Of a stretch of 64,000 nucleotides of DNA, positions 50,851-64,000 are shown piece after piece. Each line of letters starts with the position of its first letter. The first letter of the stretch is position 1. This stretch comes from Lama guanicoe. Its lineage: Eukaryota. Location of the stretch: assembly GCA_013239625.1 (NCBI GenBank), contig MU053810.1, positions 5,054,071 to 5,118,070 of the forward strand, in the 5' to 3' direction. The notes under the pieces are model-generated. The model was not told the origin of the DNA, did not search any database, and saw nothing but the letters and a program-made list of their open reading frames with translations. A program made the translations under genes and the position numbers.

Positions 50851-53764
50851 TAGAGCAGCTGTTTTAAACATCACCTCCCACCGTGGACGATCAACCCTAA
50901 ACAGGGCATCTTAACCTTCCTGAGTCTCGGTCGCCTCATATGTTAGGTGGAGATAAGAATATCTAGCTCAGAGATTAGAGAGAGAGATTGCAGGACTTTT
51001 AATAAACCACTGGGACACACGCGTTTTATTATGAAAATATCCTTTACCCGTGATCTCACTGCTCAGCAGGCATGTGTGGGCACTGTTTCCCTCACTAGGT
51101 GTGGGTCCCTTTGAGGACAGGGATCACGCAGGGCTTATGCTCTTGGAAATTCACAGGATCCAGCAGAATCACCAAGGCACAGATTTTCAGTAAATGTTAG
51201 TTGAATGGATGAATTTTAAAACATAACATATATTTCTTTGTAATTTTTATAGCTTAGTATCCGAGGGGAAATATCCCTTTCTTCTAATGGTGGAAGACTA
51301 ATCTGCTATTCCTGGCACTAAATTTAGATTTCAGAAAGTTTCCAGATTTTACCCTCTATATTGAAAAAAATGACACTTTGTTTCATCTTGCCTCCTGCTG
51401 AAAGTCCATGAAGCCCTTAGCACCTCAATGAAATTAAGTGGGGGGTCGGTGGGGGGGGAATTCAGTAGTGCAAGGAACTTTCTCAATGCCATGGCCAGAC
51501 ACTATTTACATTTATTTTACATTTATTTACATTTATTTACATATTATTTACATTTATTGACATTACTGGGTTCCCACACAGATTCAGTCCAGTAAAGTTA
51601 AAAAAAAATCTGTCCAATGAGATGAACAATAGTAGAAGCTGAGGATTCAGCAAGTTAAAGGAACATTATTACCTTGGCAACTTATATATATTTTAAGGAT
51701 TAGGAGAAGAATGCTGCTTTGTTTGAGGAAAGAGCAAAAAGCCAGAAAACCTAAGATTCAATTCGAGTTTTACCAGTTACAACATGGGTGACCACGAGCA
51801 AGGCATCTAACAACTCATAGATTTTTATCTCATTATGAATGCGATGGGGATAATGATACAAGTTTCAAAGGCAGTGGAAGATTAAGATAATGTGTGTGAA
51901 AACATGGTATATGCTCATAGTCACTACTGTAATCGATGTTAGCTGAGTGTGACTCAGCTAAGAACCCAGAATTTGGGGTTGTCTTTTTCTCCCCTCGGGA
52001 ATGTCTGATTATAGATCTATCCAACTTTACTAAAATCTAGTATTCAAAAATACAAGTCAGCAAAATAATTCAAGCCCACTTATTTCACTCCAAAAGGAGA
52101 CTTTACCAAATGAATCACTATTAGATTTCATTAAATAAAAACTGAACTTGAGGCAATTAAAATTCAACTATACAGGGGAGTGTCATGTCAGAGAATAAAG
52201 TTGAGCAATCTTACTGTTCCTTTTAGCTCGACCCATTAAGTAACTTCATGTGTATGTTAGGTTTATGAGATGCTTAATGGAATTTTTAATTGTAATAAAC
52301 TTCTGGGTCATTTCTGGCAGAAACTACTTTCAAGTTAGCCTCAATGATTTTCAGCGCCCCTATTAGAATGTAGTTTCATTCAGATTATAGTCAGATGCTA
52401 ATAAGGATTAAGGTCATTTGGGCAATGATTTTAAAGCAATTTTTAGAATCTATTTACCTCCAGTATAAAGACTAGAACTCATACAAGTGAAGGTCTGGAA
52501 ACATACAGAACAACTGTGCGTTTAAGATGCATCAGCAGATCTTTCTTTGAGTCACATGTGAAGAAATCAGATTTCCGTGGTTATTATTAAAAAGAGTTAG
52601 GAGATTTTAAACTTTGGGAACTAATGGCACTTTATTTTCCCTCTGGGGAAATTACTTGACTTCTGGGAATATCCATTCGTTTGAATTATTTTTTTTAATG
52701 TTGAGAAATTAAAGGACCATGAACTGTAATACAAAAACAAAATCCAAAACCAACACTGCCCTATGAATCTCTGGGCTCAAGGGCTTCAACGCCATAAAGT
52801 TTCAGAGTCAAGTCAGTTAGAAAAAACAAATCGTAGAGCCAAGACTCAAAATTACACATTTAAATAAGAAAATGAAGTCAATAATAGCTACAAGTAAACA
52901 TTGTTTTAGGACACAGAACCCATTTGCTCAATTTCTAAATATTTTATTCAAGTGTGAGGAATGTGACACTTTCTACTAGAAAGATTCCACTTGGATCTGC
53001 ATTACTGTGAAAATAAGAACAAAATCACAATGTACTTTCACAAAATTGTTTCTCAGGCATTTGCTATCTGCTTTCTATTTTGCGAACCACTGAGAATAAT
53101 ACCAACACCCATGTGTACACAGTGTTCTAAAGCGAAAAATACATTAAGGGTAAGAAAGACAAGACAGGGTAAAAGTGGGCTCATGGCCACGGAATGCCGC
53201 ACAAAGATACACTTCTTGGTCTGGCAACATCCTTCAGCAGCAAGGTGTCCTCTCTTGCTCAAGGATTCTGCCCTCAGCATCCCAGGGGTGTGATATTATC
53301 TTAACCTCAACACATGCTATGATTTGGTTTGAAGAGCGGAGTTTAAGAGAAGTCAGTGAAATTTGTTTTGGAATATATCGAGAAAATATGGCCTTGAGCC
53401 CTGCTTCTCACAAGGTCTGGGCCATTAGAAACGCCTTTCAAGGAATTTCATTAAAACTGCAGGCACAGCCAACTCCTTCTCCAACTAGCTTCATGTCAAC
53501 AAATGCTTTATCTTTTCCAGATCAAAGCAAGTGGCTTCTGCCTTAGACCTAACTAGAATATAATAATAATAATAACAAATCATAGTTGTTATTTATTGAC
53601 CACCAATTTGCATGAATCTGTACTAGGGGGTCTTCCATAGGCCATCCAATTTGTTGCTCATAAAATCCTCTCATGAGATAGGCTCGAACTGCCTTATTTC
53701 ATAGATGACAACATTAAGATTCAGAAAGGTTTAGTAACTTCGTATCAAAAATTAGTATGTGATA

Positions 53765-53868
53765 ATCTATAATGATAAAGAATATGGAAAAGAATATACA
53801 CATGTTAAACTGAATCAGTATGCTATACACCAATAACTAACATTGTAAATCAACTCTACTTCAATTTA
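53765..53868 (+). mobile_element. About 100-bp L1 3' tip with 18-bp TSD, inserted into a MIR
   Basis: TSD aaaaattagtatgtgata at 53747-53764 and 53869-53886. Confidence 0.88.
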
Positions 53869-54279
53869 AAAAATTAGTATGTGATATTGGAATTTGCAAC
53901 AGATGCATCTTTAATCTCAAGTTTGTTCTTATGGCTTCCATATTCTTTTTTATTAACCTTGCCTTTTTCAAAGACCTCTGACATCTGGCTGGGGAAATGG
54001 GTCTTCTAGCTTCCTTAATCAAGCTTCCAAATAAACAAGTGGTTCAAAGAGAATTACTACTCAACTTAAATGGCAAAGCCAGAATTTCTTAATTTCCTTT
54101 TAATGATGCTTTCCAACACTTGGCTTCTATTTCCCGGAAGGCAGCGTTAAAATCACACATGCCTCCTAGACAGGGAGTCATTTTCAATGTGGTACCCCAC
54201 TTCCTATGACTGGTTGTCGAGATCAGCTGTTACTGACATCATCATTTGCTGAGCCTGTCCTTCTCTCTTTGTTCCTGAA

Positions 54280-55530
54280 GACACTTGGGTCCTTGTCAAG
54301 GCCACTAGCAAGTTCCGTCTTGCTAAATCTGGTGGTCAACTTTCAATCTTCTTACTTGATTGATCAGCTGCATTTCTGATTGGCTCCACCTTCACGTAGC
54401 TTCCAGGACATGATCCCTTGGCTGCTTCTCCTCAGATTTCTATGCTAGTTTCTTCTTGTCCTCCTAGTTTCTAAATATTGGGATGCCCAGGGCTCAGTCC
54501 TTAAGTCTCTTCTCCGCCTAGTCCCTCGTTGACCTCATCCTTTATCATGGCTTTAAATTCCTTCTACACATTGACCTCTTTCAAACTACCATCTTCATCC
54601 CCAGCCTCTTCCTTTCTGAACTCCAGACTGGCCCATCCAACTGCTGCTTATCTTGGATGTTCAAGAGGAAAAACAGTTCAAAACAAAACTCCAGGTTTCC
54701 TTTCCAAACCTCCTCTTTTCACCCTCTTCCTCATTTTAGTAAATGGCAATTCAGTTCTTACTGTTGCTCAGGCCCCAAACCTTAGGAGTCACTCTTGAAA
54801 TGCAATTAAAAGCCATTAGCAAATTTGGCTGATGGTTTTGGCTTTACTTTAAAATATATACAGAATCCAAACACTTCTCACCATGTTTTCCATAACCGTC
54901 CCTGGCTTAAACTATTATTACTTCTCAAGTTACTGCAATGGCCTTCCAAAAGTCTCCCTGCAGCTAACTTTACCCCGTTCATTCTATCCTCAACACAACA
55001 GACAGACTTATTCTTTAAAATATAAGAAAGACTGTGTCACTCTGCTCGAAACCCAACAAAGTTCTCCCACTTGTTCAGACCAAAAGGCAAGTCCATACAA
55101 CGGCTACTTAACCTCCTAGTAACCTCCCCTCACTTACTCTTCTCCGGCCTCCTCTGCTTTTCTTCAAATACGCCAAGCACCCTCTCGCCTAAGAGCTATT
55201 ACACTTGCTGTTCTTCTGCCTGGAACCTACTTCCCCTACCCACCTGGTGTGTTCTCTTGTTTCCTTCCCATCTCTGCCTCAAATGACCCCCAATTAGAGA
55301 CCATCTTCCCCGGCCATCCTCCCACGACCCTCTGCAGCTCTCCCTGTCCCTCTGACCCACCTTGATTTTTCTCTGCAGTATTTTTCACTATTTGACTCAT
55401 TTCATACTTTCTTGCTTTTGTTTAATTTTCAATTTCCTGCCCGTTGTACCTAGAATGTAAGCTACAGAAATGGCAAGGGATTTGTTTTGTTCCCGCCTGT
55501 CGCCCTAGTACTAGGGCGGGGCTTGGCCCA
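54280..55530 (+). mobile_element. Long degenerate L2 fragment
   Basis: L2 motifs cccagggctcagtcct, ctgaactccagact, gttgctcaggcc..aaaccttaggagtca, ctagaatgtaagct. Confidence 0.75.
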
Positions 55531-57264
55531 GAGTATAACATAAAGACCAGCCTGTGGCGATTTGGTGCTCACAGAACCTCCGGTAGCATCATCGCCTACT
55601 TCCTGACCAGGCTGTCTCCTCCACCTAAACTTTACACTTTGTCTTATGGCCCAGCTGCCGTACCTTCCTGCCTTCCCATTGCCTTACAGATCAGCGCTAG
55701 CTCCTTGGCTCAGTGGTGCCATTGAGAACCCAGGCCCTATCTCTCTTTCCTCCCCACCATCCTTGGTAATTAGCTGAGTCCTTACACTTGTCTTCTTGGG
55801 GTCCTGAGAAGATGGCTATGGGCAGGAGTTGCTTTATGACAAAATTACATCTTGCTAAAATTTCCTCCCATGGTTTGTTAGGGAAACAAACTGTTCCCTG
55901 TGGGAAGACTCACAGTGGGCTTCCCTTTACTGTGTCAAATGGCCATTTCTGAAGTGCAAGGGAGGTTGCAAGAGCGAGTTGCTGGTACCAGCAGCATCTG
56001 TAACGGGAGGCAGAGCAGTTATGGTCTGAGTAGGACTGGCAAGCAAGAGTGTCTGCTACCATGCAAATAGTTTTGACTTCCAAGAACTTTTTCTTCCCTT
56101 CCTATCTGTTTTCTCTCTTTGTGCAACAGAGTCTTAATAAGATACAATATCTTATTTTGTCTCATGTTTAATATCATTAAACATGATATCTGCTTTGTAT
56201 CTATTTTCTTAGAGTTACCTTTATTATATATTTTGTTTTTATTTTGTTTTGTGTTGTATGGTCTTTCTTTTTCACGTTAGAGACTCTTCTGCTTGTCTTT
56301 TCCTATTTAAAAGCAAAGACACCAAAAAAAAAAAAAAGCTGATTGGAAAGAGTTATGTGTCCATCAGGGGCAGAGAGTGATGACACATGGATTTACTAGA
56401 GGGTGTCCCTGTCCTTTACAGTGGGGGACTCCCAAATGCCATAGGGGGAGGTCTCCTCTTTAGAATCGTTCAGTTTGTCCAAAGAGGAACATTCACTCTC
56501 AAACCTCAGTGTCTCGCTGACAGGGTAGGGAGGTGGGAATACGTCTGGCTGCCCAGGAAGAGGGTGATGGCCCCAGAAGCTCATATGGAAATTTTAGCTG
56601 AACTCCCCAGGACTCTGCTTAACTTGACATCCACACTTTGGGCACCTTTGGCTCATTTTTCCTGAAAAATTAATCTTCAATTTTCTGCAATCGTGGAAGA
56701 GGCAGATGAGGGTGGATTGGAAGGGAAGAGCAGTCACCTGACTTCAAAAAATGGAGGTGGAGGAGGGGAACCAGAAGTCCTAGGGCTCTGTACAGACATC
56801 AGCCCACTGCCCGCTCTATGGCATCCCTGGAGCCCTGAGTCTCTCAAGGCCCTGCTGATGCGTTCTCGGTGTCATTCTCTGTGGGCATTTGGGTCTCACT
56901 CTCCCCCGTGCTATCAGGCCCATCATCTCTGGCACTGTCATCTCCCATTCAGTGGGTCATGCGAGGTTTTATATGTAGTGTATATAAAATACATCAATAC
57001 CATTTTAGTGGAGAATGTAAGTCAACCATGTGTGGTCAATCTGTCATTTTTATGCAGACATCCCCACATTTTAAAGATTCTATAAATTTACATCTGTCAG
57101 GGACCCTACAGCTCTTGAAAGCTGACCGTGTCATTTTCCCAAAGAAGACAGGAAAGCTCAGGGAAATGAGGTCCTGGCTGAAGTGAACAGTAGTGATGGG
57201 GTCCTTCTGGGAGGCAGCATGGAGGCACAGTCAGGCTTTCACCCTGGGGAGGCATCTCAGCCCC

Positions 57265-57430
57265 GTTCTCAACTAGCTCTGTGATCTTGGGACAGTTTCT
57301 TAAACTCCCTGTGCCTCGTTTTCATCAAATGTAAAATGTGGATAGCAATAATTACCTAATTCATCAGGCTGTGGTTGGCATGAATGAATTAATATTTGTA
57401 AAGCACTTAAAATCGTACTTTCACACAGTA
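57265..57430 (+). mobile_element. MIR SINE
   Basis: ctagctctgtgatcttggg...ctgtgcctcgttttcatc..tgtaaaatg...gtaaagcactta. Confidence 0.75.
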
Positions 57431-58048
57431 GTCAATTATTCAATATTACTATTATTAGTTTGGATAAATCTAACTCAACTTACAAAAAACAAGCATAGTA
57501 ATATTATAGCAGAGAGAGATCTTAATTTAAGAATTTGTACAAATAATATTAGGGGATAATTTCTTCTAGTATATGTGTTTTGTACGGAGAGATTAGCCTA
57601 ACAATACTGCTAACAGGAAAGCCATTATCCCTGAAAATGTCTGCATTAATCCATCCTTTTGAAATGTCTAAATTTATCCTATGAAAGAAAAAAATTGAGT
57701 TATATCATGGTTTTCAAATTAAAATATACTCATTAATAATCTAAAGGTCCTAACAATTCTAATTCTTACAAGAACATTACCTTAAAAAAAACAGAAAAAA
57801 AAATTATCCTGTTTTGCTGATCCAAATTGATTTGCATTAAAAGTGAGTGGATTTCACTTTAAATAAAGAAATAAAGTCAGGCTATTTTTTTTGTAGTTAA
57901 GTATTTCCCTGCCTATGATTCAACAACAGTTAGAAGTGATTTAAAGAACTGAAGAATAGAGGCATAATTAATATCTTCCTGAGTGAGTGAGACTCAGAAA
58001 GCAGTAGAATAAGGGAAAATCCTATTTTCAGCTTTAAGAATTCATCTT

Positions 58049-58265
58049 CGGGGGGAAGGGGGCAACAGAGGTGTAGCGGATTAAGAGGTAGAAACTATTA
58101 GGTATAAAATAAACTATAAGGATACATTGTACAACATGGGGAATATAGCCAATATTTTATAGTAACTATAAATAGAGTATCACCTTTAAAAATTGTGAAT
58201 CACTATATTGTATACCTGTAACTTATATAATGTTGTACAGTAACTATACTTCAATTAAAAAAATT
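58049..58265 (+). mobile_element. L1 3' UTR fragment
   Basis: gtacaacatggggaatatagccaatatttt...aactatacttcaattaaaa, with near-TSD aagaatt(c/t)atctt. Confidence 0.85.
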
Positions 58266-60044
58266 TTTTAAAGAATTTATCTTTATAGGAAGAGGAGGGC
58301 TAACACTATCTTTTCACTTCTCAGATCTTTTAAACTTGATCCAAGATGGATTTCCGATGTGCACCCTTACCAGAACACTAGTTGCGGCAGCTTCTGGAAG
58401 CCGTGTCTTCCAGCTGCCTTTCCTAATTAGACGAGGCTCTACCACCAAAACAACACACAGAGGTGAGCAGGGCACTGAGCCCACGCCAGCACCCCTGCAG
58501 GGGCTCCTGAGAGAGGAAGGAGTAATTCCTGGCTTCTCCCTGTCACATGCCTACCAGGACGTCCCCCTCCTGTCCAGACCAGCATTTGCAGCAAGAGCAT
58601 TGCTGATTCATCACGACTGCTGGTCCAGAGTGACCGCTGAGTCTCTTCCTGAGGCGTGTCTGCCCAGTCATTTCTGTCTCTGGCGTGAGTTTCGGGGCCC
58701 CTGACGTATTGTTGTGCCCTCTCCCGCCCCGAGAGTCATCCTGTTTTCATGGAAGACTCTCATTTGTCAGTGTCTGTTTGGATTCCATTTCTGTTCTCGA
58801 AGAAAAAAATTATGCTAGGCAAACAAAAGGAGAAATATTTTCAAAACTACCCTCTAAATGAATGCCGAATTAATGTGAAGAAAATGAAGTAATTCATGTC
58901 CTTGAAAGCTATGAATTTCAAGCATTTTCATATATGTTGAAATTATGTTAATATATGTTGAAATTAACTAAGTGGTTAACGGTAATATTGAGCTTAACAA
59001 CGGCAAACTCATGCCATAAAGTAACCCGTATTACAATCTAAAGTGGGAATTAAAAACATTAAATTCAAACTATGTTGGAGCACAATGACCATCATAAAGG
59101 ATTTTTCAAGAGACTAATTTCCTAAAAAATATTTTCCCCAAGTCATTTTATTATATCCAACTATTTTTTTTCCCCATCCAAATCCAAATTATTTCTTGGT
59201 AACTCTCCTAGCATATAAACTCCATGTGTTTAATAAAATACGCATGGAATGTGCAATTTCATAAAGGCTTTACGATCTTGATGCTAGGTTTTATATTCTA
59301 CATCAGTTACAAAATGTTGATTAAAATAACAACTTAAAAATAAGGGCAAGGATTTTTGCTGCCAGCAATTATTTTTGTGCCAAAGATTAGAACTTGTCTG
59401 GATGTAATTAATAAAACATCACATTGTGTCCTTCTGTGATAAGGTCAGGTAGGAATGGATTAAAATGATTTTCAGCATACTTGCTGTCTATCTGCAGTAC
59501 TGCTCAAGTGTCAGGGTTCCAGCATGCATGTGAAAGACACGGGGACATGAAATATGGCTGGAACCCTGCGCATCTGCTGCCAAAGGTACTCCCAGTGCAC
59601 ACACTTTCTGGTGGGTAGGCTCCGCCTCGTTCCCAGGCACTGCAGCTTTCTCTTCTAATAGCTGAATCAATTGACCTCTGCCACCCCGCCAATCCCCGGC
59701 CCCCACCACACTTACTGGCTCAACCTCATCACATCTCTAGGAACAAACCCAACCTCACACGAGATCAGAACTCTTTGGAACTTTTGGGCAGGCAGCCAGG
59801 GCCTGACGCCCCATGACTCAGTGGTACATTTCTCCTGCTGGCTCTGGCATTCTGCCTGGTTCTCAAGATCCAGTGCCCACGGAACTCTGGAGCTGTGCCT
59901 TGTCCTGTTTCCTGTGCCCAAGTCGCCTCCTAGAAACTTGCCCAGCACTCTTAAAGAACTGGGGTGCTCCTTTCTTCTGCCTGTCTACCTCCCAAACGCT
60001 GGGGTCCTTTCCCTCCTCCACAGCTCCAAGACGCCGCCACGATG

Positions 60045-60260
60045 TTCTGGTTAAAAGCTCTAGTCTGGGAGCCCGACAGACCTCCACTTCCTAGCCATGT
60101 GTCCCTGGGGGTCCAACTCATCCCTCTGGCCTCAGTGGCCTTCCTTGATCAAACGGGGTATGAGTAGCACCCACTTTATAGGGGTCTTGTGAGGGTTTAG
60201 AGGTGCTACATATAAAGCACTTAGAACAATACTTGGTCATAACATATAAGGACTCAGGGA
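60045..60260 (+). mobile_element. MIR SINE
   Basis: ctccacttcctagccatgtg...cctcagt...ttgtgaggg...taaagcacttagaaca. Confidence 0.7.
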
Positions 60261-61669
60261 ATACCAGGCTTTATTAATAGTAGACCAACAAACATTAGGA
60301 CATGAGCTGGTGGTTACCAGTCTAGTGCCTGGAGCTCTAAGCTGTGGTCCTACATCTCATCTTTCAACCACCTATTACACCTTCTGCACTGGACTTCAAT
60401 TCACACTGGCAGCAGAGTCTGGTCCCCAGTTTGCCCCCTCCAGGCTGGGTCTTGTTCCTACCCTGGATCCAACCCCAGCCTCCGGCAGACACTGAGTTAA
60501 GCACAGCTCTGTCCCCAGAGTGCTCTCTGAAAACTTGGTTGCCTCTACAATTTAATCATTGCTTCTGCATTCTTCTCTTATTGCCCTCTCAGCATTTGCT
60601 TTTCATAAGGAAAAAGAAATCCTAGTAAGCATCTCTTTAGAAAATTAAATCTGAATACAAAGAATGTACACTAATAACATGCATAGATATTTACAAAATA
60701 AAGACTACGAATGATAACTGAAAAATGTTGCTAGAATCTCTACCATTAAACCTTATTACACAAATGGGCTTTGGTTTCACTTTTTTTAAAAAAATATCTT
60801 TCACTTGATAGAATTATAAATCTCAAAGTAAACTTCCCTGGAGCAATGGTAGATGATGTCTTTTAAGATCAAACTAGATATTTACTTCATGCCGAGTTTG
60901 TTCATCCATGCACCCTGAAAGCCAGTAGTAAATAAATCTTAAGAACCAAAGGTCAAAGACAAAAACAGGTAATGTCAACACTCTTCATTTCAGTAAACAC
61001 AGAATCATGGCAGATGTTTCAGCATCTTTATCCAGAGGTCACAGAGAAATTACATCCTGGTTTTCATAAGTGCTTTTGATTACATTTAAGGATTTAAGTG
61101 GATTGATTCAAACCACCCAGTCCTCTCCCTGATTTATTCTTTAGTAAATAACTCTCCCTTTGATGTCTACAAAAAATGTTTTGAGGATATAAAAAATATT
61201 TTAGATACTAAGGTGGAAAAAATCTGTAGCCTCAGAGGAATATCCTACCATTTGCAAAAAGAGTATTGAAATAATATTACCAGATCTGAGATTTAAGAAT
61301 AACCGAAGGGTAAAGACAATATTTTCTGTCACATTTCAGCTATTCAAATACTTGCAAACGGTATTTCCAAAAACAGGGCAACTACCAATTCATTAATTCT
61401 CAGGTTGTACTTTTTTCCCCCACATTTTAATATACCCCAAATCAGGATGCATCCAACAAACCACGTTATGTCATGACTTAATTTATAGCACTTTTTTCCT
61501 TTCTTAGTAGTACATGAAATAACAGTATTCTTCATAATGTGTGTTGTCTTAGATCTAATGAAATGTGGTAGATTTTGGAATTCCTTTTCTCCTATCTTCT
61601 CTCTTTTATTCCTTTATTTTCTTCTATTTTCCTGCTCCTTTAGTTTTCCTCTGTCACTTTAAAAGCTGT

Positions 61670-61753
61670 GTACATATATATACACACACACATATAATGT
61701 ACATACATATGTACATACATATATACAAATTACATATATATACACACACATAC
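61670..61753. repeat. (TA/CA)n low-complexity repeat
   Basis: tacatatatatacacaca units. Confidence 0.8.
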
Positions 61754-61913
61754 AGCTGTCTGACTTGGACCCATCCAGCACCCCCGAGAACTGAGGACCT
61801 CTCTTCTCCACCAGTCCATCTCTAAAGAATTGGACTGGGGTTCTTTTTCTCACTCCAAGCCAAAGATGGGATTCTGCTAAAGGTGAACTTCCTGTCTCAA
61901 AAAGAAAGGGGCA

Positions 61914-62559
61914 ATTCACCAGTGAAGCCACCTAGTGCTGGACTTTTGTTTGTTGGGAGAGTTTTGACTACTAATTCAATCTCCCTACTGATAATAATTG
62001 GTTAGTTCAGATTTTCTATTACAAATGCTGCTGAGGATGTAGAGAAAAGAGAACCCTTGTGCACTGTTGGTGGGAATGTAAATTGATGGAGCCACTATGG
62101 AAAACAGTATGGAGATTCCTTAAAAAATTAAAAATAGAGCTATCATATAACCCAGCAATACCACTTATGAGTATTTATCTGAAGAAAATGAGAACACTAA
62201 TTTGAAAAGATTTCTGCAGCATTATTTGGAAAGATAAGATTGGAAACAATCTAACTATCCCTTCATAAATAAATGGATAAAGAAGATATGGTGCACACAC
62301 ACGTGCGTGCGCGCGCACACACACACACACACACAGTGGAATGTTATTCAGCCATAAAAAAGAATGCAATCTTGTCATTTGCAACAATGTGGATGGATGT
62401 TGAGGGCATTATGCTAAGTGAAGTAAGTCAGACAAATACAAATACTATGTGATTGCTTATGTGTGGAATAAAAAAAATAAGCTCATAGATGGAGGTGGGC
62501 GGTGGAAGAAATGGGTGAATAGCTCTTGTTTTTGTTTAAACAAATTGACAAAAATTTAA
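61914..62559 (+). mobile_element. 5'-inverted L1 insertion (antisense ORF2 piece 61914-62020 plus sense 3' end)
   Basis: Flanked by aaaggggca at 61905-61913 and 62560-62568. Confidence 0.8.
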
Positions 62560-63391
62560 AAAGGGGCATTCAACTCAAGCCCCCCTTACTATGTGGAAAA
62601 CATTCAGTAAGAAGCAGTTGCAGGGTGAAGTGGGAACTACTCACTAACACTAAGGATGCTGGATTTGGTTTCCTTTTTCCTGTCCCCGTTCCTCACTAGC
62701 AAGGGTGATAAAAGATTGACTTAAACCCTTTGTTCTGAACTCGGGGAATGAGAGAGCAGAAAAGTATTTTAGCTTTTCTATTCCCTCATGGGAACAGGTT
62801 TGTGGCCAAACCTTTGCTCTAATAAAGATGCCAGCTTCCCCAGGGGCCCACATGCCTTGCATGGCAAATGTCTCAGTCTCACGGCAGACACACTCTGGAT
62901 TCCATTTTATCTCCAAAAAGCTTTTTTGTGTTGTCACCAACGCACAGGAATCATTAATTAATACAAGCAGCGCGCAGGGGGTAGGGGGAGGCCATCCAGG
63001 CCAACTACCACCCGCTTCAAATTAAGTTCTGGTTTTTAAAGCCTTGAAGTTTGGTGAAGGTTTTACTTTGCTCACAGGTTAGCTAACCAAATTGGTGGAA
63101 AACAAAGGAATCAGAGTATAGCTCCCTAAATTGCACTTTATCCTTACGTTGAATTTGACACAAGTTAACGAACCTTTAAATCAAGGCAACATTTAGGAAA
63201 TAAATACAGGAAATAGGAGGAATAAAGGGAAAGCGCTTGGCAAATAATACAACCACATACAAAAAAGTTGGCTGAGAAGTCACTTGTTGGCACCTACTAA
63301 TATTCCATTCAACCTCTCTCAAATCCTCCCTTTTCTCTACTCCCAAGCCCCTTAGAATATATATTTCAAAAGGCTTCTCACCCCTGAATGT

Positions 63392-64000
63392 GATTTGGTA
63401 CAGCCACTGTGAAAAACTAAAAAACTAAACTAAAAAGAGATTTTTAAAAAACTAAAAAGAGATTAACTATATGATCTAGCCATCCCACTCCTGGGCTCAT
63501 ATGCAGAGAAAAGATATATGCACCCCAATGTTCAAAGCAGCACTATTTACAATAGCCAAGACGTGCAAGAAACCTAAATGCCCATTGACGGATGATTGGA
63601 TAAAGATGTGGTATATATACACAATGGACTACTACTCAGCATAAAAAAGAATGAAATAATGCCATTTGCAGCAACATGGATGGACCGAGAGATTATCATA
63701 CTAAGTGAAATAGACAGAGAAAGACAAATATACATGGTATCACTTATATGTGGAATCTAAAAATTGACACAGATAAATTTATTTGCAAAACAGAAACAGA
63801 TTCACAGACAAAGAAAACAAACTTATGGTTACCAAAGGGGAAAGGGGGTGGCGGATGGATAAATTAGAAGTTAGGGATTAGCAGATAGTAACTACTATAT
63901 ATAAAATAAACAATAAGGTCCTACTGTATAGCTCAGGGAACTGTATTCAATAGCTTATGATAACCTATTATGAAAAAGAATATATATATGTATAACTGAA
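63392..64000 (+). mobile_element. L1 3' end running off the window
   Basis: gcagcactatttacaatagccaagac, gccatttgcagcaacatggatggac, plus 3' UTR motifs. Confidence 0.92.

Noticed and set aside
23523..64000. PRTFDC1 exon 3 or another protein-coding gene
   Set aside because: I saw no VLKGG or VDFIRLKSY peptide and no coherent exon chain. The ORFs are short, repeat-derived or low-complexity.

Overview
Mammalian genomic DNA, most likely camelid, judged from six tRNA-derived SINEs resembling the camelid vic-1 family. The one recognisable gene is the 3' part of PRTFDC1, the HPRT1 paralogue, on the minus strand. Exons 4-9 lie at 23457-23522, 12837-12854, 11134-11200, 10619-10665, 7602-7678 and 6352-6399, all with AG/GT ends, and a likely poly(A) signal sits at 5282-5287. 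I found no exon 3, so 23523-64000 is probably intron 3. The main finding is that exon 6 is 67 nt instead of the 83 nt conserved in HPRT1/PRTFDC1. This 16-nt deletion shifts the frame and creates a TGA at 11147-11149, so the gene looks like a recently inactivated unitary pseudogene, paralleling the known loss in mouse. The rest of the window is interspersed repeats (L1, MIR, L2, MLT1, Tigger1, MER5A/MER58/MER53/MER45) and microsatellites, including two 5'-inverted L1s and a candidate 3' transduction. Repeat subfamily names and human reference sequences are recalled from memory, not searched.
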